A DNA stretch of 64,000 bases from Candidatus Limnocylindria bacterium (GCA_036003765.1 DASYSC010000012.1:4787-68786), one strand, 5' to 3'; counted from the stretch's first letter, positions 46,046 to 54,844 are shown. The notes: generated by a model from the sequence alone, not told the origin. Numbers and translations: made by a program.

Positions 46046-46304
46046 TCCTCCGGGCTGGCGCCCGTGCGGTCTGCTGCGCCTCCGGCCGAAGAGCACGCTC
46101 TTCGGCCACCTCAGTAGTCCTCGGACCTGACGGTCCTGTGGTCTGCTGAGCCTCGGGCCGAAGAGCACGCTCTTCGGCCACCTCAGTAGTCCTCGGACCT
46201 GACGGTCCTGTGGTCTGCTGAGCCTCGGGCCGAAGAGCACGCTCTTCGGCCACCTCAGTAGTCCTCCGGGCTGGCGCCCGTGCGGTCTGCTGCAGCAGTA
46301 GTCC
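46042..46304 (+). repeat. 72-bp tandem repeat, 3 full units plus a partial one, each with a perfect hairpin
   Basis: Unit anchors gtagtcc at 46042, 46114, 46186, 46258 (and 46298). Hairpin GGCCGAAGAG-cacg-CTCTTCGGCC at 46084-46107, 46156-46179 and 46228-46251. Begins on the stop codon of the pentapeptide gene. Confidence 0.85.
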
Positions 46305-46321
46305 CTCCGCGTTAGAATGGT

Positions 46322-46549
46322 CTCCTCGCGAAGACGCGGACAGCGCTCCGTCGAAGGACTGTTAAGAGAGCCGGGGTAGGTGAGAGCCGGCCGGTCATAG
46401 CACGGAGAGACCACCGCCGAGCGATCGGGGAGGGCCCCGTACAGCCCTAATGAAGCGCGCCGGCGATCCGCTGGCGAAGCTGGGTGGAACCGCGAGATCG
46501 CCTCTCGTCCCAGACGGACCGAGGCGATTTTTCAGTTGCGGGGTGCGCG
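46322..46549 (+). promoter_or_regulatory. T-box leader (Thr specifier) of thrS, with intrinsic terminator at 46497-46532
   Basis: Stem I distal motifs AGAGAG...GGTAGGTGAGAG (46365-46384). ACC followed by A at about 46409-46412. T-box sequence TGGGTGGAACCGCG (46481-46494). Terminator ATCGCCTC...GAGGCGAT followed by TTTT. Possible -10 TAGAAT at 46313-46318. Confidence 0.75.
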
Positions 46550-48382
46550 ATGGCCAAAACGGAACGGAAGCCCGACCACGGCGACGAGGCGCTCTATGCG
46601 CTCCGGCACTCGGCCGCACACGTCATGGCCGGCGCGGTAATGGAGCTCTTTCCGGAGGCCAAATTCGGCTTCGGACCACCGGTGGCGGACGGCTTCTACT
46701 ACGACTTCGACCTCCCGCGCCCGCTCACCGACGAGGATCTGCCGCGCATCGAGGAGCACATGCGGGCGATGGCCAAGCGCGACGTCCCGTTCGAGCACAG
46801 CGAGATACCGGTGCCTGAGGCACTCGAATTCTTCCGCGGCCGGCACCAGGACTACAAGGTCGATCAGATCGAGAAGCTGGACGAAGAGGTCGAGGACGGC
46901 TCGGTCTCTCTCTACAAGCACGCCGACTTCGTCGACCTCTGCCGGGGGCCGCACGTCGAGCGCACCGGAAAGATCGGCGCCTTCCGGCTCCTCTCCGTGG
47001 CCGGCGCGTACTGGCGCGGGAACGAGCGCAACCCGCAGCTCCAGCGGATCTACGGGACGGTCTGGCCGACGGAGAAGGAGCTGGACGACTACCTCGAGAA
47101 GCTCAAGGAGATCGAGCGCCGCGACCATCGCGCGCTTGGCCGAGACCTGGAGCTCTTCCGTATCGACGAGGAGCTCGGCTCGGGCCTGGTGCTCTGGCTT
47201 CCGAACCTTTCCATCGTGCGTGAGGAGCTCGAGAACTGGTGGCGTCAGGTGCATCGCGCTCGCGGCTACACGCTCGTGTACACCCCGCACATCGCGCACG
47301 AGAAGATCTACCAGCGCTCGGGTCACCTCGATAAGTACGGCGAGAACATGTACGGCCCCCTGGCGCTGGACGAGGGCACGCAGAACTTCTGGATCAAGCC
47401 GATGAACTGCCCCGGGCACATCAAGGTCTTTCAGTCGAAGATCCATTCGTACCGCGAGCTGCCGCTGCGGATCGGCGAGCTCGGCACGGTGTACCGCTAC
47501 GAGCGCGGGGGAGCGCTGCACGGGATGCTGCGGGTGCGCGGGTTCACCCAGGACGACTCCCACATCTTCTGCTCGTGGGAGCAGGCGCAGGGCGAGATCG
47601 GGAAGGTCTTCGACCTCGCGATGGAATTCCTGCGCACCTTCGGGTACCGCGATCCGCGCATCTATCTCTCGACGCGACCGGAGCGCCGGCTCGGCACGGA
47701 CGAGCAATGGGACAAGGCGGAGAAGGCGCTGGCCGACGCGCTCGGCGTTCGCGAGGTCCCCTACGAGATCGACGAGGGTGGCGGCGTCTTCTATGCGCCG
47801 AAGATCGACATCAAGGTCATGGACGCCATCGGACGCGAGTGGCAGGGGCCGACGATCCAGATCGACCTCAACCTACCCGAGCGCTTCGACGTCACGTTCG
47901 TCAACGAAAAGGGCGAGCGCGAGCGCGCGGTGATGATCCACCGCGTGCTCTTCGGGAGCCTGGAGCGCTTCGTCGGCGGTTTGATCGAGCACTTCGCCGG
48001 CAACTTCCCGCTCTGGCTGAACTGGGAGCAGGCCGCGATCATCCCGGTGCGCGAGTCGGCGCGCCCGTATGCCGAGGAGCTCGCGAACAAGCTGCGCGAG
48101 TCGGGGTTCCGGGTGCATCTCGACGAGCAACCCGGCGACCTGCGCACGCGGATCAAGGAAGCGCAGCAGCGCAAGGCGTCGTACATGCTGGTCGTCGGCG
48201 ACAAGGAGGCCGCGGCGGGGACGGTGTCGGTCCGCCGTCGCGGTGCCGGCCAAGGTCAAGAGGAACGGGGAGTGAAGCTCGACGACCTCCTCGCGCGACT
48301 CGCAAGAGAGCGCGACACGAAGGCGCTGCCACCGGACTTCGGGCCGCGCGGCCCCTCTGTGGCCGACTCGCTCGGCGGATGA
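46550..48382 (+). CDS. thrS: threonine--tRNA ligase (no N-terminal TGS domain)
   Basis: Editing-domain HSAAHVM...DGFYYDFD, the class II core (RDHRALG, FWIKPMNCPGH, RVRGFTQDDSHIF, YAPKID) and the anticodon-binding domain. ATG 46550 follows the T-box terminator. Confidence 0.95.
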   Translation: MAKTERKPDHGDEALYALRHSAAHVMAGAVMELFPEAKFGFGPPVADGFYYDFDLPRPLTDEDLPRIEEHMRAMAKRDVPFEHSEIPVPEALEFFRGRHQDYKVDQIEKLDEEVEDGSVSLYKHADFVDLCRGPHVERTGKIGAFRLLSVAGAYWRGNERNPQLQRIYGTVWPTEKELDDYLEKLKEIERRDHRALGRDLELFRIDEELGSGLVLWLPNLSIVREELENWWRQVHRARGYTLVYTPHIAHEKIYQRSGHLDKYGENMYGPLALDEGTQNFWIKPMNCPGHIKVFQSKIHSYRELPLRIGELGTVYRYERGGALHGMLRVRGFTQDDSHIFCSWEQAQGEIGKVFDLAMEFLRTFGYRDPRIYLSTRPERRLGTDEQWDKAEKALADALGVREVPYEIDEGGGVFYAPKIDIKVMDAIGREWQGPTIQIDLNLPERFDVTFVNEKGERERAVMIHRVLFGSLERFVGGLIEHFAGNFPLWLNWEQAAIIPVRESARPYAEELANKLRESGFRVHLDEQPGDLRTRIKEAQQRKASYMLVVGDKEAAAGTVSVRRRGAGQGQEERGVKLDDLLARLARERDTKALPPDFGPRGPSVADSLGG

Positions 48383-49512
48383 GTGCGGTCTCCGTCGCGC
48401 CGCTCCTGCGCGGTGAGCGCGTCGCGCTGCGGCCGATGAGCTATGACGACATGGCGCTCCTCATGAGGTGGGGGAGCGACCCGGAATTCCGTCGCTACCA
48501 GTGGGCGCGGGAGCCGGGCGTCTTCGGCGAAGCGGATGCGCGCAAGTGGATCGAGCGGATGTCCAGACCCGGCGATTCGGCCTGCTGGGTCATCGAGCAC
48601 GACGGCCGCCCGATCGGCTTCGCGAACTACCGCGACCACCACCCGAAAGGGCGGAGCGCGGAGGTCGGCATTGGGATCGGCGAGCCAGACCTCTGGGGAA
48701 AGCACCTCGGACGCGACGCGCTGACCGCGCTGATCCGCTACCTCTTCGACGAGCTTGACCTGCACCGTGTGGGACTCTCCGTGGTGAGCTTCAACGACCG
48801 GGCGATCTCCATGTACAAGGCCGTCGGGTTCGAGGTCGAGGGCATCGAGCGCGACGGCGTCGGAACGGAGGAGGGCTTCGTCGACGACGTGAAAATGGCG
48901 CTCGTGAAGGGCCGGCCCCGGCCCGACTTCGACCCCCGCCCGGTCACGCTCGAAGGCCGGCACGTCCGACTGGTGCCTCTCCGGACGGAGCACGCTCAGG
49001 CGCTATTCGAGGCAGGGGATGAAGACGACATCTGGCTCGGCGTGCAGCTTCGGCCGCGCGGCACGGACGGCTACGTGAAATACATCCGGTGGGCGCTCGA
49101 CCAGCAGATCCTGGGCACGCAGCTGCCATTCGCGGTGATCCGAAAATCGGATGGCGTGCTCGTCGGTACGACCCGCTACGCGCACATCGATCCGCCGAGT
49201 CGCACGCTCGAGATCGGTTACACGTTCTACGGCAAGGGCGCCCGCCGCACCGCTATCAACACGGAGAGCAAGCTGTTACTACTGCGACACGCATTCGAGG
49301 CGCGCGGCGCCAATCGCGTGTGGCTGCAAACAGACAAACGGAACGAACGCTCACAAACCGCGATCGCCCGGCTCGGCGCTACGAAGGAAGGCGAGCTTCG
49401 GAACGAGCGCGTGATGCCCGACGGCCGCCTGCGCACGAGCGTGATCTTCGGCATCACCAAAGACGAGTGGCCGACAGTTCGCGAACGTCTCCTCGGCTAT
49501 CTGGCCCGGTGA
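48379..49512 (+). CDS. tandem double GNAT N-acetyltransferase (RimJ/RimL-like)
   Basis: ATGA overlap with the thrS stop. Two successive GNAT units (LRPMSYDD...GIGIGEPDLWGKHLGRDAL...LHRVGLSVVSFNDRAISMYKAVGF and LVPLRTEH...EIGYTFYGKGARRTAINTESKLLLLRHAFE...NRVWLQTDKRNERSQTAIARLG). Confidence 0.75.
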   Translation: MSAVSVAPLLRGERVALRPMSYDDMALLMRWGSDPEFRRYQWAREPGVFGEADARKWIERMSRPGDSACWVIEHDGRPIGFANYRDHHPKGRSAEVGIGIGEPDLWGKHLGRDALTALIRYLFDELDLHRVGLSVVSFNDRAISMYKAVGFEVEGIERDGVGTEEGFVDDVKMALVKGRPRPDFDPRPVTLEGRHVRLVPLRTEHAQALFEAGDEDDIWLGVQLRPRGTDGYVKYIRWALDQQILGTQLPFAVIRKSDGVLVGTTRYAHIDPPSRTLEIGYTFYGKGARRTAINTESKLLLLRHAFEARGANRVWLQTDKRNERSQTAIARLGATKEGELRNERVMPDGRLRTSVIFGITKDEWPTVRERLLGYLAR

Positions 49513-49595
49513 TATGCTCGTCCGACTTGAAGTTCTTTCACGGGGAGCGGCCGCGCTGATAGCGGCATTCTCACGCCACTAACCGAGGTCTCCCT

Positions 49596-50315
49596 ATAGC
49601 CGCGCCCGAACTGCGGATCAACGAAGCGATCCGTGTTCCTACCGTCCGTCTTCTCGGCCCCAACGGCGAGCAGCTGGGCGTCATCCCTACGGCACGCGCG
49701 CTCGCGAAGGCGCAGGAAGAGGGCTACGACCTCATCGAGATCGCGCCGAACGTGCAGCCGCCGGTCGCGCGCATGGGCGACTTCGGGAAGTACCGCTACG
49801 ACCTGCAGCAGAAGGCGAAGGACGCCAAGAAAAAGCAGAAGGCTGTGACGTGGAAGGAGATCCGCGTCTCACCGAAGATCGACGACCACGACATCGAGAC
49901 CAAGATCCGCTCCGCCGCGAAGTTCCTCGACGAGGGTGACAAGCTCAAGGTCACGGTGCGCTTCCGCGGGCGCGAGCTCGCGCATCCCGACCGCGGCCGG
50001 ACGTTGCTCCTTTCCATCGGCGAGCGCCTGAAGGAGCACGGGACCATCGAGCGCCAGCCGCTCCTCGAGGGCCGCTCGATGAGCATGGTCATGAATGCGC
50101 TCCGCCGGGACGCCGTGCCGGCTACGCCCGCGCGCCCCGCCGCTGGTCCGCCGCCTCCGGCCACGCCTCCGACCGCGACCAAGCCTGCGGCCCCCGCCCG
50201 ACCCGCCCCGGCGGCAGCGTCCGCACCACGCCCCGGGCCGACGCCCGCACCGGCGACCGCTCGCCCGCCCGCGGCCCGTCCGGCGCCGCCGCCCCGCGCC
50301 CAGCGTCCGGCTTAA
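49596..50315 (+). CDS. infC: translation initiation factor IF-3 with Pro/Ala-rich C-terminal extension; apparent ATA start
   Basis: (I)AAPELRINEAIRVPTVRLLGPNGEQLGV...DLIEIAPN..PPVARMGDFGKYRY...KEIRVSPKIDDHDIETK...KLKVTVRFRGRELAH. The conserved N-terminus lies upstream of the first ATG (49752). In-frame ATA 49596 has GAGGT 7 nt upstream. An in-frame TAG at 49560 bounds the ORF. Confidence 0.85.
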   Translation: MAAPELRINEAIRVPTVRLLGPNGEQLGVIPTARALAKAQEEGYDLIEIAPNVQPPVARMGDFGKYRYDLQQKAKDAKKKQKAVTWKEIRVSPKIDDHDIETKIRSAAKFLDEGDKLKVTVRFRGRELAHPDRGRTLLLSIGERLKEHGTIERQPLLEGRSMSMVMNALRRDAVPATPARPAAGPPPPATPPTATKPAAPARPAPAAASAPRPGPTPAPATARPPAARPAPPPRAQRPA

Positions 50316-50392
50316 CGACTGAGGGTTCGAGGGGGCGAAGCCCCTCGGCCGCTACAATCGACGTTCACACGACGGAGCGGAGGTCGTTCAGC

Positions 50393-50590
50393 GTGCCCAA
50401 GATCAAGAGCCACAGCGGCGCCAAGAAGCGCTTCGAGTTCACCGGGCGCGGCAAGCTCCGGCGCGCGAAGGCGTACAAGGGTCACCTCAACCAGCACAAG
50501 TCGCCGGGCCGCAAGCGCCGTCACCAGGGCAAGGCACTGGTCGCCAAGGGCGACCTTCAGCTCGTCCGCAAGCTGCTGCCGAACCTGTAG
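50393..50590 (+). CDS. rpmI: 50S ribosomal protein L35
   Basis: MPKIKSHSGAKKRFEFTGRGKLRRAKAYKGH. GTG start with GGAGG upstream. Confidence 0.95.
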   Translation: MPKIKSHSGAKKRFEFTGRGKLRRAKAYKGHLNQHKSPGRKRRHQGKALVAKGDLQLVRKLLPNL

Positions 50591-50608
50591 GGAAGGGAGC
50601 ACGAAGGT

Positions 50609-50977
50609 ATGTCACGGGTGAAGCGCGGTGTCGCGGCACGCAAGAAGCACAAGAAGCTGCTCTCGCAGGCGGAGGGCCGTCGCGCCTCGAAGCACAAGCT
50701 GGTACGTCCGGCCCGCGAGGCCGCGATGCACGCGCTCCGCTACGCGTACCGCGACCGTCGTGCCCGGAAAGGTCAGTTCCGCGCGCTCTGGATCGCACGG
50801 ATCAACGCAGCCGCGCGTGAGGCGGGCGTCTCGTATAGCCGGCTCATGAACGCGCTCCGGCTCTCGGGGATCGATCTCGACCGGAAGATCCTCGCGGACA
50901 TGGCCGTCCGCGATCCCAAGGTCTTCCGTCACTATGTGGACCTGATCAAGGAGAAGTCACGCAAGTCTTCGAGCTAG
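50609..50977 (+). CDS. rplT: 50S ribosomal protein L20
   Basis: [18 protein letters not shown]...[23 protein letters not shown]....I.LDRK.LAD.A. Confidence 0.95.
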   Translation: MSRVKRGVAARKKHKKLLSQAEGRRASKHKLVRPAREAAMHALRYAYRDRRARKGQFRALWIARINAAAREAGVSYSRLMNALRLSGIDLDRKILADMAVRDPKVFRHYVDLIKEKSRKSSS

Positions 50978-50989
50978 CGCGATAAGGCG

Positions 50990-51231
50990 AAGAGGGAGAG
51001 CAGTACCGCGACACGCGGCGCGCAAGAGAGACCGGCAGGGTGAGAGCCGGTCGCGCCGACGACGCGGGAATTCGCTCCGGAGCCGACCGGCAGAAAAGCC
51101 GGTCCGCCTGAGGCCCGATAGAGCCTCGACCGAGCGTCCTCCTCCAGCGAGGGGGGAACACGGGTGGTACCGCGGAGGCCCGCCTTCGTCCCGAGACGAA
51201 CGGCGGGTTTCGTGTTCCTAAAGGAGGAGCG
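50990..51231 (+). promoter_or_regulatory. T-box leader (Phe specifier) of pheST, terminator-like hairpin at 51179-51210
   Basis: AGAGAG-ACCGG-CAGGGTGAGAG-CCGGT Stem I distal motifs. GAATTCG contains UUC. T-box sequence GGGTGGTACCGCG at 51162-51174. Hairpin CCCGCCTTCGTC...GACGAACGGCGGG followed by TTTCGTGTT. SD AAGGAGG precedes ATG 51232. Confidence 0.75.
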
Positions 51232-52287
51232 ATGGCCGGCGAGGAACTGAAGGAGCTGGCGGACCGCGCGATCGCTGAGATCGCCGCGGCCGCGGACGAG
51301 CCCGCGCTCGAAGCGGCGCGCGTGAAGTTTCTCGGCCGCAAAGAGGGCGCCCTCAGCGAGGCCACGAAACGTATCGCGAAGCTTCCGGCCAGCGAGAAAC
51401 CCGCCTACGGCGCCGCGGTGAACGAGGCGAAACAGCGGATCGAGCGTGCGCTCGAGGATCGGAGCGGCGCGCTACGCGAGGCGGCGCTGGCGCGCGACCT
51501 GGGGGGCGAGCGCGAGGACATGACGCTCCCGCCGCGGCGCGTGCGCGTCGGCCGCCTCCACCCGATCTCGCAGACGATGCGCGAGGTGTCACGCATCTTC
51601 GCCACGCTCGGCTTCGAGACCGTCGAGGGACCCGAGATCGAGTGGGATTACTACAACTTCGAGGCGCTCAACATCCCGCCCGGGCATCCGGCGCGCGAAA
51701 AGTGGCAGACGCTGTGGATATCGAATCCGCTTGGGGACGACGCATCGCGTCCGATCCTCGGCCGGACGCACACCTCGCCGATGCAGATCCGCGTGATGGA
51801 GCAACGCCGGCCACCAATCCGCGTGGTCATCCCGGGACGCTGCTACCGGTACGAGGCGACCGACGCGATCCGCGAGAGCATCTTCTTCCAGTACGAGGGG
51901 CTGGCCATCGACGAAAGGCTCACGATGGCCGATCTGAAAGGCGTGCTCTATTCGTTCGCGCGGCAGGTGTTCGGAGGTGACCGGAAGATCCGCTTCCGGA
52001 CCGATTACTTCCCGTTCACCGAACCGTCCGCGGAGATCGCCTTCAGCTGCTTCACCTGCGAAGGACGCGACCCCGAGTGCCGCGTGTGCGGAGGCGACGG
52101 TTGGATCGAGGCCGCCGGTTGCGGGATGGTCCACCCCGACGTGCTGCGCCGCGTCGGCTACGACCCCACGCGCTACCAGGGCTTCGCCTTCGGCGGAGGG
52201 ATCGAACGCCTCGCGATGCTCCGCACCGGCGCACCGGACATCCGGCTCTTCTATCAGAACGATTTGCGCTACTTGGAGCAGTTCTGA
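51232..52287 (+). CDS. pheS: phenylalanine--tRNA ligase alpha subunit
   Basis: HPISQTMREV..IF..LGF, GRTHTSPMQIR, PGRCYRYE, FRTDYFPFTEPSAE, GCGMVHP.VL, FAFGGGIERLAML. Confidence 0.95.
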   Translation: MAGEELKELADRAIAEIAAAADEPALEAARVKFLGRKEGALSEATKRIAKLPASEKPAYGAAVNEAKQRIERALEDRSGALREAALARDLGGEREDMTLPPRRVRVGRLHPISQTMREVSRIFATLGFETVEGPEIEWDYYNFEALNIPPGHPAREKWQTLWISNPLGDDASRPILGRTHTSPMQIRVMEQRRPPIRVVIPGRCYRYEATDAIRESIFFQYEGLAIDERLTMADLKGVLYSFARQVFGGDRKIRFRTDYFPFTEPSAEIAFSCFTCEGRDPECRVCGGDGWIEAAGCGMVHPDVLRRVGYDPTRYQGFAFGGGIERLAMLRTGAPDIRLFYQNDLRYLEQF

Positions 52288-52305
52288 TGCTTCTGCAGGC
52301 CGTGC

Positions 52306-52392
52306 GGGCAGGTCCGAAACCCTCTCTACGCGGCGGCGGACCCCCCGGCCTACGGCCGGTGCCCCACCGCGCGGGGGCCCTCGGACCTGCCC
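52306..52392 (+). repeat. intercistronic palindromic/structured element, copy 2 (pheS-pheT spacer)
   Basis: A 12-bp perfect outer stem GGGCAGGTCCGA / TCGGACCTGCCC encloses the 63-nt core aaccctctctacgcggcggcggaccccccggcctacggccggtgccccaccgcgcgggggccc (compare 7393-7454). A further 8-bp hairpin GCGCCTCG...CGAGGCGC follows at 52399-52421, just before GTG 52424. Confidence 0.65.
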
Positions 52393-52423
52393 TCACGGCG
52401 CCTCGCTCGCAACGAGGCGCGAG

Positions 52424-54844
52424 GTGCTGATCAAAGTCCCGCTGTCGTGGCTGCGCGAGTACGTCGATATCACCGTGCCCATCGACGAGCTCGCTCTCAG
52501 GCTGCACATGTCGAGCACCGAGGTGAAGGGCGTCGAGCGGCCGTGGTGGGACGACAACGTGCGCGTGGGACGCATCGAGAAGCTCGCGAAGCACCCGAAT
52601 GCGGACAAGCTCCAGCTCGCGACCATCGACTACGGCGAGGCTCGCCCCAAGACCGTCGTCACCGGCGCGACCAATCTCGCCGTCGGCGACATCGTTCCCT
52701 TCGCCGACGAGGGAGCGCAGATCATCGACGGCCATACCGGCGAGCGGACCACACTGCGCGGGAGGCCCATGCGCGGCATCCAAAGCGAGGGCATGGCCCT
52801 CTCCGCGAAGGAGCTCGGTCTCGGCGACGACCACGACGGCATCCAGATCCTCGATCGAACGCTTGCCGTAGGAGCCCGGCTCCGTGATGTCTTGGGCGAG
52901 ACGGTCCTCGCGCTCGATCTGCAGCCGAACCGGCCGGATTGCCTCGGCATCGTCGGGATCGCCCGCGAGGTCGCGGCGCTCCTGGCGACCGAGCTTCGCG
53001 AGCCTCCGCTGGATCGCCTTCCGGACAAAGCGACCGGCGAGCTCGACGTGCGCATCGAGGACGATGACGCGTGCCCGCGGTTCGCAGCGGCTCTCCTGAC
53101 CGGCGTGCGTATCGGTCCGTCGCCGCAGTGGATGCAGAACCGCTTGACCGCGGCCGGGATGCGACCGATCGACAACGTCGTCGACATCACGAACTACGTG
53201 ATGCTCGAGCTCGGCCAGCCGCTGCACGCCTATGACCATCGCAAGTTGCGCGGCGGCGCCCTGGTCGCGCGCAGGGCGAGGCGCGGGGAGACGCTCCGCA
53301 CGCTCGACGGTGTCGACCGCGTGCTGTATGAGGACACGCTGGTCATCGCCGACGCGGAGCGCGCGCTCGGGGTCGCCGGGATCCTGGGCGGCGAGGACTC
53401 CGAGATCCGCGAGGACACCACGACGGTCGCTCTCGAATGCGCTTCCTTCGAGTCGCGCGGCATCGGCCGGACCGCAGCAAAGCTAGGGCTGCACGGCTCG
53501 TCGGGCAGCGCCGCGGCACGGCGTTTCGCGTGGGAGCTCTCGCCCGATCTCGTCCCGGTCGCGCTCGCCCGCGCCGTCCGCCTCCTTCGCGAGCACGCTG
53601 GCGCGGAGGTGGCCGGTGTCGTGGACCGCTATCCGAAGCGGCGCGGCACGGTGAACGTGCGAATGCGCTTCTCAGACATCCCGCGGGTACTCGGCATCGA
53701 GATCGGCCCGGAGGAAACGCTCGATGTCCTCCGCCGGCTGCAATTCGTCGCCGCGGCGGACGGCGACACGCTCATCGCGACACCGCCCGCGGTGCGGACG
53801 GACATCGGGATCGCCGAGGACATCGTCGAGGAGGTCGGGCGCATCGCAGGCTACGACCGCCTCCCGGTGCGCATCCCCGATGGGGCCCTCCCGCTCCACG
53901 AGCGCCATCCGCTCCAGGAGTTCCGCGAGAAAGCCCGCGACGGGCTGGCGGGATTCGGGCTGCAGGAGGTGGTGTCGTACTCGCTCATCGATCCCTCCTG
54001 GCTGCGCATGCTGACCCCCGATGGCTCGTGCATCGCACCCGAGCCGCTGCGGGTCATCAATCCCACGACCATCACGCAATCCGCGGCCCGGCCGACACTT
54101 CGGGCCAGCCTGCTGGACACGGCCAGGCGAAATCTGCGGAACCGCGCCGGCGTCGCGATCTTCGAGATCGCTCCTATCTATGTGCCGCAGCGCGGCGATC
54201 TTCCGGACGAGCGTTGGACGATTGGGATCCTTATCGCGGGAAACGCCGAGCCGGTGCGCGACGGCGAGACGTGGCTCACTCCAGAGCGACGCTGGGACGT
54301 GCGCGATCTGCAGGGGTACGTGCTGGCTCTCGCCGATCTGCTCGACGTGCATACGTCAGGCGACAGCGTCGACGCGCCCGGCCTCCACCCTGGGCGCTCC
54401 ATCGCGTTGGCCCGCGACGGCTTCACGTACCTCGTCGCCGGCCAGCTCGATCCGCGGGTCGCCGCGAAGTGGGAGCTTCCCGCGGCGACGTTCGTCGCAG
54501 AGATCGACGTCGCGTCGTGGCTCGGGGCCGCGCAATCGGCGCGGGTCTCCGCTCCGCCGCGCTTTCCGGCCGCGCTGCGCGACCTCGCGATCGTCGTCGA
54601 TGAGGCGACGCCGTACCGCGACGTCGAACGCGAGATCCGCGCGTCGGCGGCCAGGGATCTCGAGTCCGTCGCGCTCGTCGATCTCTACCGCGGACCGCAG
54701 ATCGGGGCGGGGAAGAAGTCGTTCGCGGTGAGGCTCGTCCTTCGCTCGGCGACGGCCACGCTCGCCGAGGAGGATGTGGACCGTCTGGTCAAACGGGTCG
54801 CCGGCCGGCTACAGCACGCCCTGGGAGCGACGATCCGGAGCTAA
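52424..54844 (+). CDS. pheT: phenylalanine--tRNA ligase beta subunit
   Basis: GTG 52424 gives (M)LIKVPLSWLREYV. tRNA-binding domain HPNADKLQLATIDYG, B3/4 and B5 blocks, C-terminal anticodon-binding-like FAVRLVLRS. The track ORF from 51977 is an upstream shadow extension. Confidence 0.9.
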   Translation: MLIKVPLSWLREYVDITVPIDELALRLHMSSTEVKGVERPWWDDNVRVGRIEKLAKHPNADKLQLATIDYGEARPKTVVTGATNLAVGDIVPFADEGAQIIDGHTGERTTLRGRPMRGIQSEGMALSAKELGLGDDHDGIQILDRTLAVGARLRDVLGETVLALDLQPNRPDCLGIVGIAREVAALLATELREPPLDRLPDKATGELDVRIEDDDACPRFAAALLTGVRIGPSPQWMQNRLTAAGMRPIDNVVDITNYVMLELGQPLHAYDHRKLRGGALVARRARRGETLRTLDGVDRVLYEDTLVIADAERALGVAGILGGEDSEIREDTTTVALECASFESRGIGRTAAKLGLHGSSGSAAARRFAWELSPDLVPVALARAVRLLREHAGAEVAGVVDRYPKRRGTVNVRMRFSDIPRVLGIEIGPEETLDVLRRLQFVAAADGDTLIATPPAVRTDIGIAEDIVEEVGRIAGYDRLPVRIPDGALPLHERHPLQEFREKARDGLAGFGLQEVVSYSLIDPSWLRMLTPDGSCIAPEPLRVINPTTITQSAARPTLRASLLDTARRNLRNRAGVAIFEIAPIYVPQRGDLPDERWTIGILIAGNAEPVRDGETWLTPERRWDVRDLQGYVLALADLLDVHTSGDSVDAPGLHPGRSIALARDGFTYLVAGQLDPRVAAKWELPAATFVAEIDVASWLGAAQSARVSAPPRFPAALRDLAIVVDEATPYRDVEREIRASAARDLESVALVDLYRGPQIGAGKKSFAVRLVLRSATATLAEEDVDRLVKRVAGRLQHALGATIRS

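Noticed and set aside
46042-46304. Possible CRISPR array
   Set aside because: The whole 72-bp unit repeats, including the would-be spacers. There are no unique spacers and no cas genes in the window.
45347-46414. 355-aa minus-strand ORF with repeated peptide LLRWPKSVLFGPRLSRPQDRQVRG (and ORF 45942-46253)
   Set aside because: The repeat peptide is simply the translation of the 72-bp DNA repeat. The rest of the ORF is antisense to the pentapeptide-repeat gene.
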